A DNA stretch of 64,000 nucleotides from Rickettsiales bacterium (GTDB lineage: Bacteria; Pseudomonadota; Alphaproteobacteria; Rickettsiales; SXRF01). Location of the stretch: positions 287,138 through 351,137 of the forward strand of contig CAXRIF010000002.1 in assembly GCA_964231325.1 (NCBI GenBank), given 5' to 3'. Positions 46,928-56,349 of this stretch are shown piece by piece. A program made the translations under genes and the position numbers. Position 1 is the first letter of the stretch, and every line of letters starts with the position of its first letter. The notes beneath the pieces are model-generated. The model had not been told where the DNA came from. It saw nothing but the letters and a program-made list of their open reading frames with translations, and did not search any database.

Positions 46928-48061
46928 ATGGAAATGAACGCCAATAGTTTACTGCAAGGATTTACCGATAAGGATGCCACCGATCTTTATCTCACAGTAG
47001 GCGCCCCTCCTTCTTTGCGTTATGGTCACCGCATCGAACACATAGATAAAACTAAGCTTACCGAAGAGCATGTTAAAAGCTTTTTGAAAGAAATTGTGTC
47101 CTCCGATGTGTTGGAAGAGTTTGAATCTACCTTGGAATATAACACCGCGATCAACTGGCCGGAACTGGGGCGTTTTCGCGTTAATATGTTCCGCCAGCGT
47201 CAGAACACTGGTGTCGTATTACGTCGTATTCGCACTGATATCCCTTCTATTGAATCGCTAAATCTGCCGCCGCTTTATTCCGACCTTATCATGGAAAAAC
47301 GTGGTTTGATATTAGTGGTAGGCCCTACCGGTTCGGGGAAATCAACTTCACTGGCAGCCATGCTAGAGTATCGTAATAATAATGGTTCTGGCCATATTGT
47401 AACCATTGAAGATCCAGTAGAATTTGTTCTCGAACATAAGAACTGTATCATTACACAGCGTGATGTCGGTATTGATACTTATTCGTTCGGCATCGGCCTA
47501 AAAAACACTCTACGCCAGACACCCGACGTTATCGTGATTGGTGAGATCCGCGACAGAGAAACTATGGAACATGCCATTGTGTTTGCTGAAACCGGCCATC
47601 TATGCCTTGCTACATTGCATGCCAATAATGCTAACCAAGCCATTGAGCGTGTAATCAATTTCTTCCCTGAAGAGAAACATGCGCAAGTATTGTTAAATCT
47701 ATCACTTAACCTGAAGGCAATTCTCTCACAACGTCTACTTCCTAACCTGCAAGGTACACGTTCTATTGCACTAGAGATCATGCTCAATCAAGGCCTAGTG
47801 AAAAGCCTGATCCATGAGGGGCGCATTAAAGAACTTAAGGAATGTATTGAAAAAGGTCAGGATGTCGGCATGCAGAGTTTCGATCAGGCGTTGGTTGAGA
47901 TGTATGCTAATGGCGTTATCACCGAGGATGTCGCTCTGGCAGAATCTGATAACCCCGCCAACTTACGCCTTGCCATTAAACAGCATGATATGGGCAAAGG
48001 CCAAGGCCCGCTCCGTAGCCTCGCCCAAGATATGGGCATCATTAATAAGCAACAGTTCTAA
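46928..48061 (+). CDS. pilU: PilT-family ATPase, PilU-like
   Basis: This is a second PilT paralog (GPTGSGKSTS, IVIGEIRD, GHLCLATLHANNANQAIERV), starting 4 nt after the pilT stop. Confidence 0.85.
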   Translation: MEMNANSLLQGFTDKDATDLYLTVGAPPSLRYGHRIEHIDKTKLTEEHVKSFLKEIVSSDVLEEFESTLEYNTAINWPELGRFRVNMFRQRQNTGVVLRRIRTDIPSIESLNLPPLYSDLIMEKRGLILVVGPTGSGKSTSLAAMLEYRNNNGSGHIVTIEDPVEFVLEHKNCIITQRDVGIDTYSFGIGLKNTLRQTPDVIVIGEIRDRETMEHAIVFAETGHLCLATLHANNANQAIERVINFFPEEKHAQVLLNLSLNLKAILSQRLLPNLQGTRSIALEIMLNQGLVKSLIHEGRIKELKECIEKGQDVGMQSFDQALVEMYANGVITEDVALAESDNPANLRLAIKQHDMGKGQGPLRSLAQDMGIINKQQF

Positions 48062-48802
48062 CTACGCTGCTTTTTTCGCTTCATCTTTAGAAATAGAGTT
48101 CAGGAAGGCTTTCTCCAGCGAATCATCCTGATACTGTTTTTTGAATTCTGCTGGTGTGCCAATAAAGAATAATTTGCCTTCATGAATCACCCCAATACGA
48201 TCGCAAATTTCGTCAATGTCAGAGAGAATATGTGAGCTAAAGAATATCGTTTTATCGCGTGTGCGCGCATCTATGAGCATGTTTTTAAGCTTAATACGCG
48301 CGCTAGGGTCCAGCCCACTCATCGGTTCATCTAAAATAAGCAAACGCTCATCTATCATAAATGCACCAAGTAAACCCAACTTTTGTCCCATCCCTTTGGA
48401 ATATGAGCCTACCCGTGCATCAAGCACATTGGGATCCAAATCTAACGCTACCGCATTTTCTTTTGCCTGCTCTCGGTCCAGTTTCTTGCCGTAGTATGAT
48501 AGTGCCAAGGTCAGATATTCCATCCCCTTCAGGTAACGCGATGGCTGGAACTTTTCTGGCAAGTACGACAGATGTTTACGCGCACTAATACTAGTAGAGG
48601 CAATATCAAAAATTGATGTTTTCCCTTTATCGGCCTTCACCAAATCAAGGGCTATTTTAATCAAGGTAGTTTTTCCTGCACCGTTCAGGCCGATCAGTCC
48701 AAAAATCTCGCCCGGATTTAGCGAAAAGCTAATATCCTCAAGTACCTTACGTTCATCATATTTTTTGTGTACGCCATCTATAGATAATGGGGAATGACTC
48801 AT
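48062..48802 (-). CDS. ABC transporter ATP-binding protein (ABC-2/DrrA-like), with no adjacent permease
   Basis: It has Walker A (GLNGAGKTT), the signature motif (YSKGMGQKL) and Walker B (LLILDEP). It is the last gene of the pilB operon, and its stop abuts the pilU stop. Confidence 0.9.
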   Translation of the reverse strand: MSHSPLSIDGVHKKYDERKVLEDISFSLNPGEIFGLIGLNGAGKTTLIKIALDLVKADKGKTSIFDIASTSISARKHLSYLPEKFQPSRYLKGMEYLTLALSYYGKKLDREQAKENAVALDLDPNVLDARVGSYSKGMGQKLGLLGAFMIDERLLILDEPMSGLDPSARIKLKNMLIDARTRDKTIFFSSHILSDIDEICDRIGVIHEGKLFFIGTPAEFKKQYQDDSLEKAFLNSISKDEAKKAA

Positions 48803-48804
48803 AT

Positions 48805-49602
48805 TTACTCCTTTACCTCGTCACCTTCTCCTGAGCCCAACTTAGAATACGCGTCAATCAACCCGCCCAAACCTGTTCGAGATGGATCATCATCCTCTTG
48901 GTTAAAAAATGGATCTCCTGAATCTACAGGAGAAGGATCTAGAACCTCTGAAGGTGGTTCCAACGAAATATTGTGTGTATCAACAGTTACTGGCTGTACC
49001 TTACCTTCCAGTATATTCATTACATAAGAAGAAAAGGTCTGATTTACCCTAAGTGTAAAGATCACCTCTCCTCTGCGCTTATATACTTCAACGTTATCAT
49101 TTTCCATTTTCTGCCAGGTCTCATTTACCTTGTGCATAGAGACCGGTTTCCATTTCAGGCGAACCATATCCTCATTGATCTCCATCACACTCAGATCGGT
49201 ATTCTCCATTGGGCTGCTTTGTGTCAATTTCTGCCCATTAACCCATATAATCCAGTTATCTTCCGCATGGTAAACGATAGATTCCAAAAAGAATTGTGGG
49301 TATTTATAATAACGGTTTGTTTCCTGCGCTTTTCTGATACCCGTAAGACGATTGAGAAAATCTTCTTCATCAAAACCACCGTCATCTCTGCGGCCCGACG
49401 AATTTTTCTTATATATATTCATCGCATAATTAATATCTGCCGTTTCTTCTGGTGTAAAAAACAGGCTTCCTATCTTTATTGGCTCATTATTGTTTTCAGG
49501 TAGCGTTTCACTATTTGCAGACGGTGCGCTCTGCGCATTAGCAGCACCAGACGTCAGCATCAAACAAGCACAAAGCAGAGCTATATGGCGAACAACTACC
49601 AT
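48805..49602 (-). CDS. Secreted protein (265 aa), PilP/GspC-HR-like by pattern
   Basis: It has a signal peptide (GAANA-QS). The block LESIVYHAEDNWIIWVNGQKL...DLSVMEINEDMVRLKW resembles the beta-domain pattern of PilP/GspC. The C-terminus is acidic. Confidence 0.45.
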   Translation of the reverse strand: MVVVRHIALLCACLMLTSGAANAQSAPSANSETLPENNNEPIKIGSLFFTPEETADINYAMNIYKKNSSGRRDDGGFDEEDFLNRLTGIRKAQETNRYYKYPQFFLESIVYHAEDNWIIWVNGQKLTQSSPMENTDLSVMEINEDMVRLKWKPVSMHKVNETWQKMENDNVEVYKRRGEVIFTLRVNQTFSSYVMNILEGKVQPVTVDTHNISLEPPSEVLDPSPVDSGDPFFNQEDDDPSRTGLGGLIDAYSKLGSGEGDEVKE

Positions 49603-50285
49603 CTGCGGCGCCTTCCTCTGCGTTTACGTGACTGTTCCTGACGTTTAGCCTCCTCTGGATCAAGTGAGTTTATACCATACCACTTAAAATTGATGGTACT
49701 CTCAACCAGGTTATAACTTCCATTCTGGGTAATAGAACGTAACGCTTCATCTGTTAGGCCACTTACACGTTCTAGCTGTATTCCAGTAAAGCTTACCGCT
49801 CCAGGATAGTTTTCCTGTATATCCCGCATAAAGCGATATACATCTTCATCATTCGCTGCCTGAAAGCGCAGAGTGGCATCTGTAGTCATCAACACACTGG
49901 TTTTACGCTTGTATTTTGCATCCTCATGTGCAGTCGGTTCGGCAATATTTAATTGGGTCTCTCCACCAACAAGATTATGTGTGTATTCGTATTCTCTATT
50001 TAAGTGATCCGCTATTCCCATTGTGTGGGAAAGCATATCCTCTTCATTAAGGCGCATCACTTTTTCATATAGATCAATATCATTTTGTACACGTATATAT
50101 TTTTCACGAAGCCCATTTGTTTCGTTAGTAACGGCACTTACCTGTGCCTCCATATTTCTTTTTCTTGAAATATACTCATCTTGCATGGTGCTAATAAAAT
50201 ACGTACCGCCACCTATTACAGCCAGAATAGCTCCTGCAAAACTACCCTCGAAAATCAGCTGTCTTTTTAACTGCTGAAACTTCAT
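49596..50285 (-). CDS. Bitopic membrane protein (229 aa), PilO-like by architecture
   Basis: It has a short cytoplasmic N-terminus, one TM helix (FAGAILAVIGGGTYFI), a predicted coiled coil and an alpha/beta domain (ATLRFQAANDEDVYRFMRDIQENYPGAVSF). Its start overlaps the upstream stop (ATGA). Confidence 0.45.
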   Translation of the reverse strand: MKFQQLKRQLIFEGSFAGAILAVIGGGTYFISTMQDEYISRKRNMEAQVSAVTNETNGLREKYIRVQNDIDLYEKVMRLNEEDMLSHTMGIADHLNREYEYTHNLVGGETQLNIAEPTAHEDAKYKRKTSVLMTTDATLRFQAANDEDVYRFMRDIQENYPGAVSFTGIQLERVSGLTDEALRSITQNGSYNLVESTINFKWYGINSLDPEEAKRQEQSRKRRGRRRRW

Positions 50286-52057
50286 GGCGCATTCCCCTCT
50301 GAAGGTGAACTTACAGGCTCTTCTGGTGCTGGCACTAGCGGCCCATAAATCATCAGCGTTTCTTCAACCGGCTCTGCATTCGTAATGTCCCCTGGCATCG
50401 GAATAGCCTCATTAGCTGAACTAATGCTTAACTGTCTTCCCGCTCTTTCAATATCTGCTAACGATTTTTCTGCCTCTACTTCGTAACCCGGCAACTTTCT
50501 GCGGAAATCACCCATGATACGATTCAACACAAATCTACGAGCCTTACTATCAGATACAACGGCAGGGAGCTCTACAACCAACGTTACCGTTACCCATTTA
50601 TTTTTTGAGTCACCTGCTTTTGCCGTTTGCATACGTTGTAGAGCCACAGGATCAATATTTCTTGGTAAGCGCATCCTGCCATCTTGCTTATCAACCTGTA
50701 TTGAGATGGATTTCAATGTCATTGGCGGCACAATCAATGGCTTAATCTTTTCGATCAACGGTAATAGCGTATCATTTTCTTCCTGAAGATATTTATATAG
50801 GTCAATCAGATCGGTTGCTTTTTCTACATCCAGATTTTTGCGTGCTATTTCGTTTTTGAGTGCCGTGAGTGTATTTTGCTCGGTCTTTTTTTGTCGTTCG
50901 AGCCGCTCTAAATCACCGCTGATACCCATAATATCAGCCCCCATGTATCCCGAATAGCCAATCATCCCAACCGTCCCTACTACCGTTACCAAACGAAGCA
51001 AAACCTTCAGGTTAAATGCTGTATCTATTTTTTTGTATTCCGGAACAGCAAGGGTAAGGCGGTGCCTTTTTGCACAACCAATAATAGAGGCAAGCACCAC
51101 ATCACCAAACTGATCGGTGGCTTGCGTCGCTCCCTCTATATTGAAAAATTGTGCCATTTCAAATGGCGTGAATACCTGCGTACTACTTGCAGAAAATTTT
51201 TGCGTATCGATGGCATCCTTAATGCCTGCCGAGGCCAGAATATAGATATCCAGCCCTGCTTGCGGGTTATAAGAAAGGCGCTTCATATATTCAATAGTCG
51301 AGAGTATTTCCTGCTCAATACTGCCCGTTATTACTTCGGTATTTGTTTCGCCAAGCGGTTGCGCCAGACGGGTAAATACGATTTTGCCTTTATGCAGTAT
51401 AACCTGGCGGAACCCTCCCACTTTGTTATGACTAACAAAGAATTTCCATTCTGCACCCGTACCCTCTTTAGGCACGCCAATAGCTTTTTCCAGCGTTTTG
51501 AGAAATATTTCAGTTTCAGCTGAAATAAGATGAATGCCCTTAAAGCGATTGGGCAGCTCCATGACAAAGTCTAACCACACCGATAGTTGCGGGCTGCGCT
51601 CCAGCGCAATCATCATGAAGTTCCAGTCCTTGCGGCCTGTTTTTTCACGCCCCAGTATCATCGCCCCTTTAATATCCTCTGGGCCAAAATCACGATCCAA
51701 CCTGCGTTTCACCAGCTTGCCAACGCTCATCGCCGAAACAGGTGGCAAGGTTTGCTGCACGTAGGATTGATCCATACTATCGATCACTAAAAGCACTGGG
51801 GCTTTAGGGTCTTTTTCAATCGTCTGCTTTAATTCTTCAAGGTTTTGTTCGCTGGCATCCGGACAGAACTGGCGACTGAGCACCTGATTATCCTTGATAT
51901 AAACAAGAATTGCACCTTCATCGCCAATGAAAAAGACAAAACGCGTCCCCTTCGCTGCCCTGAATACCTTACCTTTAGGGGGCACGCGCTCAGCGGTGTT
52001 CTTGGTTTCCGCTTCCTTTTTATCTTTCTTAAGGCGTTTTTTAAAACTAAAGGCCAT
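50282..52057 (-). CDS. PilM-PilN fusion-like / GspL-like protein (591 aa)
   Basis: The ATG at 52057 has a GGAG Shine-Dalgarno. A cytoplasmic domain of about 370 aa (FVFFIGDEGAILVYIKDN..., actin/PilM-like pattern) is followed by one TM helix (LLRLVTVVGTVGMIGYSGYM), a coiled coil and a periplasmic domain. Confidence 0.5.
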   Translation of the reverse strand: MAFSFKKRLKKDKKEAETKNTAERVPPKGKVFRAAKGTRFVFFIGDEGAILVYIKDNQVLSRQFCPDASEQNLEELKQTIEKDPKAPVLLVIDSMDQSYVQQTLPPVSAMSVGKLVKRRLDRDFGPEDIKGAMILGREKTGRKDWNFMMIALERSPQLSVWLDFVMELPNRFKGIHLISAETEIFLKTLEKAIGVPKEGTGAEWKFFVSHNKVGGFRQVILHKGKIVFTRLAQPLGETNTEVITGSIEQEILSTIEYMKRLSYNPQAGLDIYILASAGIKDAIDTQKFSASSTQVFTPFEMAQFFNIEGATQATDQFGDVVLASIIGCAKRHRLTLAVPEYKKIDTAFNLKVLLRLVTVVGTVGMIGYSGYMGADIMGISGDLERLERQKKTEQNTLTALKNEIARKNLDVEKATDLIDLYKYLQEENDTLLPLIEKIKPLIVPPMTLKSISIQVDKQDGRMRLPRNIDPVALQRMQTAKAGDSKNKWVTVTLVVELPAVVSDSKARRFVLNRIMGDFRRKLPGYEVEAEKSLADIERAGRQLSISSANEAIPMPGDITNAEPVEETLMIYGPLVPAPEEPVSSPSEGNAP

Positions 52058-52282
52058 TTTACTCCACATCCGGATACGCATATGTTGTAGCTGTATTTGC
52101 AATGATTTTCAACGAATATTGCAGAAAAATCATCAACATAATCCTTACCGAAGCCGTTACCTGTGATTCGCTAGCCTGTAGCAAATGCGAAGCGTTATTG
52201 AGAACCACCACGCAAGCGTACTGATCGGTACGCGCGTAGTGGAAGCGCAAATAACGCAAGTAAGTTCCTCAGGATAGTAGAA

Positions 52283-53485
52283 TTAGAATTTCATTTTGCT
52301 GAAGGATTCGTAAAGCGGCCCGAATACTGCGGCAATCACCCAGAAAATAATAATCCCCATCACCACAGTAAGTGCAGGCTGGATCATACCCACCATCGAA
52401 TCCACCGCATCATTGACTTCACGGTTATAGAAAAAGTTAATGTTTTCGAGTGCGTCAGACATATTACCGCTATCTTCGCCCACCTTAAACATGCGGATTA
52501 CCAGATTGGGGAAATGATTGGAAATTCGCAATGCAGCAGTTAACGAGCTTCCCTCTGTCACATTCGTTTTCACCAGCTCAATCGATTCTTTTAGCACGCG
52601 ATTGGAAACCACACCTTTAGCGGCCTCTAGTGAATCCAGAATGTCGATACCGCTATTGAACATCACCGAGAAAAAGTGCGTGAAGCGCGCCATATCAATC
52701 TTGCGGATAACGGGTCCAATTACCGGCATCTTCAACATAAACGCGTCCATTTTATAGGCAAAGCTTTCTGAGAACCGGTACGCCACTAATATTAAAACGA
52801 CGAACATGACAGGCGTGCCCAAAATGTAATACCAGTAATTCTCAAAAGCATATGAAACAGCGATCAATGCACGTGTATGCATGGGTATTTCAAACCCTTG
52901 CGACATAATAAAGTCGACCAATTTTGGTACTACCGCAATCATAAGCACAGTTACTACGATGGAAATAACCACAATGAGCGCGATAGGGTAGCGTGTTGCT
53001 TTTTTTACCTTACGGCGAATCTCGGCAGACCACTTCAAATGCTCTGCAAGATGCGTAAAAGACTCTGAAAGGTTACCTGTTTTTTCACCTGCAGCGACCA
53101 ACCCCACAAATACATCGTTGAACACTTTGGGGTAATTAGCCAGCGCCTGCGAAAGCATATTACCATTCTTCACTGACTCGTAAACGCCAGTCAGAACGTC
53201 ACGTAATTTCGGTGATTCGCTGGAATCACGCACATCCGCCAACGCATCATGCAGTGGTACACCCGCCCTATCGAGCTGTTCCAAATGCATACATAATACG
53301 ATCATATCTTTGAGCTTAATACTGCCAAAACGTGATGAACGTTTGGCAACCACCTCGCGTGCATCAATGAGATCCAGACCTAGTTCCTTGAGGCGGGATT
53401 CAAGATCAAGCTCGTTATCCGCTACCACAACGCCGCGCATCTTGCGCCCTGCAGCATTCATCGCGGTATAGTTATATGCGGGCAT
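52283..53485 (-). CDS. pilC: Type IV pilus platform protein PilC (GspF family)
   Basis: A 400-aa ORF with duplicated GspF domains and 3 TM helices. Its start overlaps the pilB stop (TAATG). Confidence 0.9.
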   Translation of the reverse strand: MPAYNYTAMNAAGRKMRGVVVADNELDLESRLKELGLDLIDAREVVAKRSSRFGSIKLKDMIVLCMHLEQLDRAGVPLHDALADVRDSSESPKLRDVLTGVYESVKNGNMLSQALANYPKVFNDVFVGLVAAGEKTGNLSESFTHLAEHLKWSAEIRRKVKKATRYPIALIVVISIVVTVLMIAVVPKLVDFIMSQGFEIPMHTRALIAVSYAFENYWYYILGTPVMFVVLILVAYRFSESFAYKMDAFMLKMPVIGPVIRKIDMARFTHFFSVMFNSGIDILDSLEAAKGVVSNRVLKESIELVKTNVTEGSSLTAALRISNHFPNLVIRMFKVGEDSGNMSDALENINFFYNREVNDAVDSMVGMIQPALTVVMGIIIFWVIAAVFGPLYESFSKMKF

Positions 53486-55302
53486 TACAATCGATCCGTA
53501 AGGTCAATAGTGTTAATGAGCTCTTCTAACGTAATCTCCCCGGCCAATACTTTCTCAATACCGTCTTGTTGCATGGTCACAAAACCGTTCTCAAGCGCAT
53601 GCTCCATCATTTGCTTACGTGTAGCATGGGTAGAGATTAGCTCTTCCATAGTGCGGTCAATGCGCAGAATCTCAAGAATAGCAACACGCCCTTTAACACC
53701 TTTACCACCGCATTCCTCGCAACCAACCTTATCATAGATTGTAGGGGGCTTAGCGGCATCGACTCCAAGAATTTTGCACTCTTCTTCTGTAGCAGTTCGT
53801 GATTTGCGACAGGATTTACACAACTTTCGCGCCAAACGCTGCGCCAAACAACCAATCAACGAGGTAGCAAGTAGGTGACCCGGCACGCCAATATCACCTA
53901 AACGCGGAATTGCACCAAGTGCATCATTCGTGTGGAGTGTGGTAAATACCTGGTGACCGGTAAGTGCCGCACGCACGGCCATCAACGCCGTGTCCTCGTC
54001 ACGCACCTCACCAATGAAGATGATGTCGGGATCCTGACGCATCAACGATTTAATACCGTTGAGGAAGTCCATACCACTACCTTCACGCACACTACTCTGG
54101 CGAATAAGTGGCAGTTGATATTCCACCGGATCTTCCAACGTCATGATGTTAGTTTCAATATCATTGATGTAGCTCAACACCGAATAAAGCGTGGTGGTCT
54201 TACCCGAACCAGTAGGACCCGTTACGATGATAATCCCTTCCGGTCGCTTGAGCAGTTTTTTAAGGACATCACTATTATGTTCGGAGAATCCAAGTTTTTC
54301 GAGAGGTACAAGTGACTTGGTTTTATCCAAAAGACGCATCACGATGTTCTCGCCATGCACGGTGGGTTGCGTTGCCACACGAAAATCAACTTCACGACCA
54401 AGCACGTTGTATGAAATACGACCATCTTGCGGGTTGCGCGTTTCTGCGATGTTCATGCTCGACATAATTTTGATACGTACCACCATCGCCGACCAATAAT
54501 CACGGTGGAACGAACGTACCTGCAACATTTGCCCATCAATACGGTAGCGCAAACGAAGGAAAGTACCTTCCGGTTCAAAGTGAATATCCGATGCGCCCTG
54601 CTTGATCGCATCTACCAAAAGCGCATTCACCAAACGTACTGTCGGGTTTACATAGCCTTCCTGACGGCCATCCAGCTTTGTATTTTCACGGATACCGGTT
54701 TCAATTTCTTTTAAAATACCATCAACAGAAATTTCATAGTCATAATACTGATCGACCATTTCCAGAATTTCTGATTCTGTACAATAGATCGGTACAATTT
54801 TGGTATTACGTGGCACATGGCGACGCACCTGATCGATCGCCAATACGTTGTATACGTCGGCCATAGCCAATTTCAGCACATCATTTTCATACGAAACCGG
54901 AATCACCTTATGGCGCGTGGCCATTTCCTTGGGTATAAGCTGAATGATTGATGCATCCAGCATGGTCGCTTTCGGATCAAACTTCTCAGTACCGGATGAT
55001 TCAGCCAATACCTCACCCAGCGCGGACTCCGTAATGAACCCCATATCCACCAGAATGGCACCGAATAGCTTTTTTGATGTTTTTTGTTCGGTCAGTACGA
55101 TCTGCAACTGGTCATCAGAAATAAGCCCCAGATGCACCAGCTTCTCACCAAGACGCATAGGTGGCTTGCCCTTACTTTCACCTTCCGCAGCGGGTGGTGG
55201 TGTTTGAGTTGAGTCTATCGCAGCTGCAGCAGCCTCTGCTGGGATTTCTTCTACTTTCCCTTCAGCGTCTTTTGCGGATTTATTGTTTTTTTCAGCAGGC
55301 AT
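53485..55302 (-). CDS. pilB: Type IV pilus assembly ATPase PilB (GspE family)
   Basis: It has an N-terminal T2SSE_N/MshEN-like domain (LGEKLVHLGLISDDQLQIVLTEQK), Walker A (GPTGSGKTTT) and Walker B (IFIGEVRD). The tetracysteine motif is CKSC...CEEC. Confidence 0.9.
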   Translation of the reverse strand: MPAEKNNKSAKDAEGKVEEIPAEAAAAAIDSTQTPPPAAEGESKGKPPMRLGEKLVHLGLISDDQLQIVLTEQKTSKKLFGAILVDMGFITESALGEVLAESSGTEKFDPKATMLDASIIQLIPKEMATRHKVIPVSYENDVLKLAMADVYNVLAIDQVRRHVPRNTKIVPIYCTESEILEMVDQYYDYEISVDGILKEIETGIRENTKLDGRQEGYVNPTVRLVNALLVDAIKQGASDIHFEPEGTFLRLRYRIDGQMLQVRSFHRDYWSAMVVRIKIMSSMNIAETRNPQDGRISYNVLGREVDFRVATQPTVHGENIVMRLLDKTKSLVPLEKLGFSEHNSDVLKKLLKRPEGIIIVTGPTGSGKTTTLYSVLSYINDIETNIMTLEDPVEYQLPLIRQSSVREGSGMDFLNGIKSLMRQDPDIIFIGEVRDEDTALMAVRAALTGHQVFTTLHTNDALGAIPRLGDIGVPGHLLATSLIGCLAQRLARKLCKSCRKSRTATEEECKILGVDAAKPPTIYDKVGCEECGGKGVKGRVAILEILRIDRTMEELISTHATRKQMMEHALENGFVTMQQDGIEKVLAGEITLEELINTIDLTDRL

Positions 55303-55506
55303 GGTCTGACTTACATTTCACGCGACATAATTAGAACAAATATTAGACACAGGCAGCTACGCAAACGCATACACCCATCTTTCATTGGTAATCAAAAAAG
55401 ATTGATTTTACGTTAAAGCATTGAACACTAATTATTTTTAATATTTTTTGCTACGGATGTGACGTAATTGCAACGCCATACAACGCCGCAAAATAAGTGG
55501 TTCATT

Positions 55507-56307
55507 CTACCCAACAAATGCCTTTTCCACCACATACTCCGCGGGAGAAGCATTAGAACCTTCCGTCAGCCCATAAGATTCAATTAATGTTTTCATATCA
55601 TTATTGAATGCTACAGAACCACACACCATCGCGCGATCTATCGCAGGATCAAATGCAGGCACTCCCAGCTCTTCAAACATCTGCCCGCCCTTAATAAGAT
55701 CAGTAATGCGCCCTACCCGATGATAGTCATCGCGGGTTACACTTTCATAATAGTGCAGTTTACCCGCGCTCATTTCCCCTAAATATTCGTGGTTCTTCGT
55801 TTGTTCTACTACCGATTTGCTGTAATCCAGCTCTGCTACATTACGGCACGTGTGGGTTACAATCACCTGTTCAAATTTATCATACGTATCAAGATCGCGG
55901 ATAATGCTGGCAAATGGGGCAAAGCCGGTGCCAGTCGAAAACAAATAAAGCCGCCTACCCGGAATAAGTGCATCATGCACCAGCGTCCCTGTCGGTTTTT
56001 TACCCAGCAACACATGATCGCCGGGCTGAATTTTTTGAAGCTGTGAGGTCAGGCGACCATCGGAAACTTTAATAGAGAAAAATTCCAGCTCATCATCCCA
56101 TGCCGGGCTTGCCATAGAGTATGCACGCAAAACATTTTTCCCCTCTATTTCCAAACCCAACATGATGAACTCACCAGAGCGAAAACGAAACGATTGTGGC
56201 CGTTCGAGCGAAAACGAAAATAACGTATCCGTCCAATGTTTAACCTTAAGCACTTTTTGAAGCGTTGGTGCATTCGGATTTACTGGTTTTTCTGCCGTAC
56301 TATTCAT
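55507..56307 (-). CDS. fpr: Ferredoxin-NADP+ reductase (bacterial Fpr type)
   Basis: The FAD and NAD motifs are RAYSMAS, LGKKPTGTL and LFSTGTGFAPFASI, with a C-terminal YVVEKAFVG. The start is ATG at 56307 (TTG at 56322 is possible). Confidence 0.9.
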   Translation of the reverse strand: MNSTAEKPVNPNAPTLQKVLKVKHWTDTLFSFSLERPQSFRFRSGEFIMLGLEIEGKNVLRAYSMASPAWDDELEFFSIKVSDGRLTSQLQKIQPGDHVLLGKKPTGTLVHDALIPGRRLYLFSTGTGFAPFASIIRDLDTYDKFEQVIVTHTCRNVAELDYSKSVVEQTKNHEYLGEMSAGKLHYYESVTRDDYHRVGRITDLIKGGQMFEELGVPAFDPAIDRAMVCGSVAFNNDMKTLIESYGLTEGSNASPAEYVVEKAFVG

Positions 56308-56349
56308 AACTACCTTGTTCAATCAGTTTAGTGGTTCAATAAATATTTC

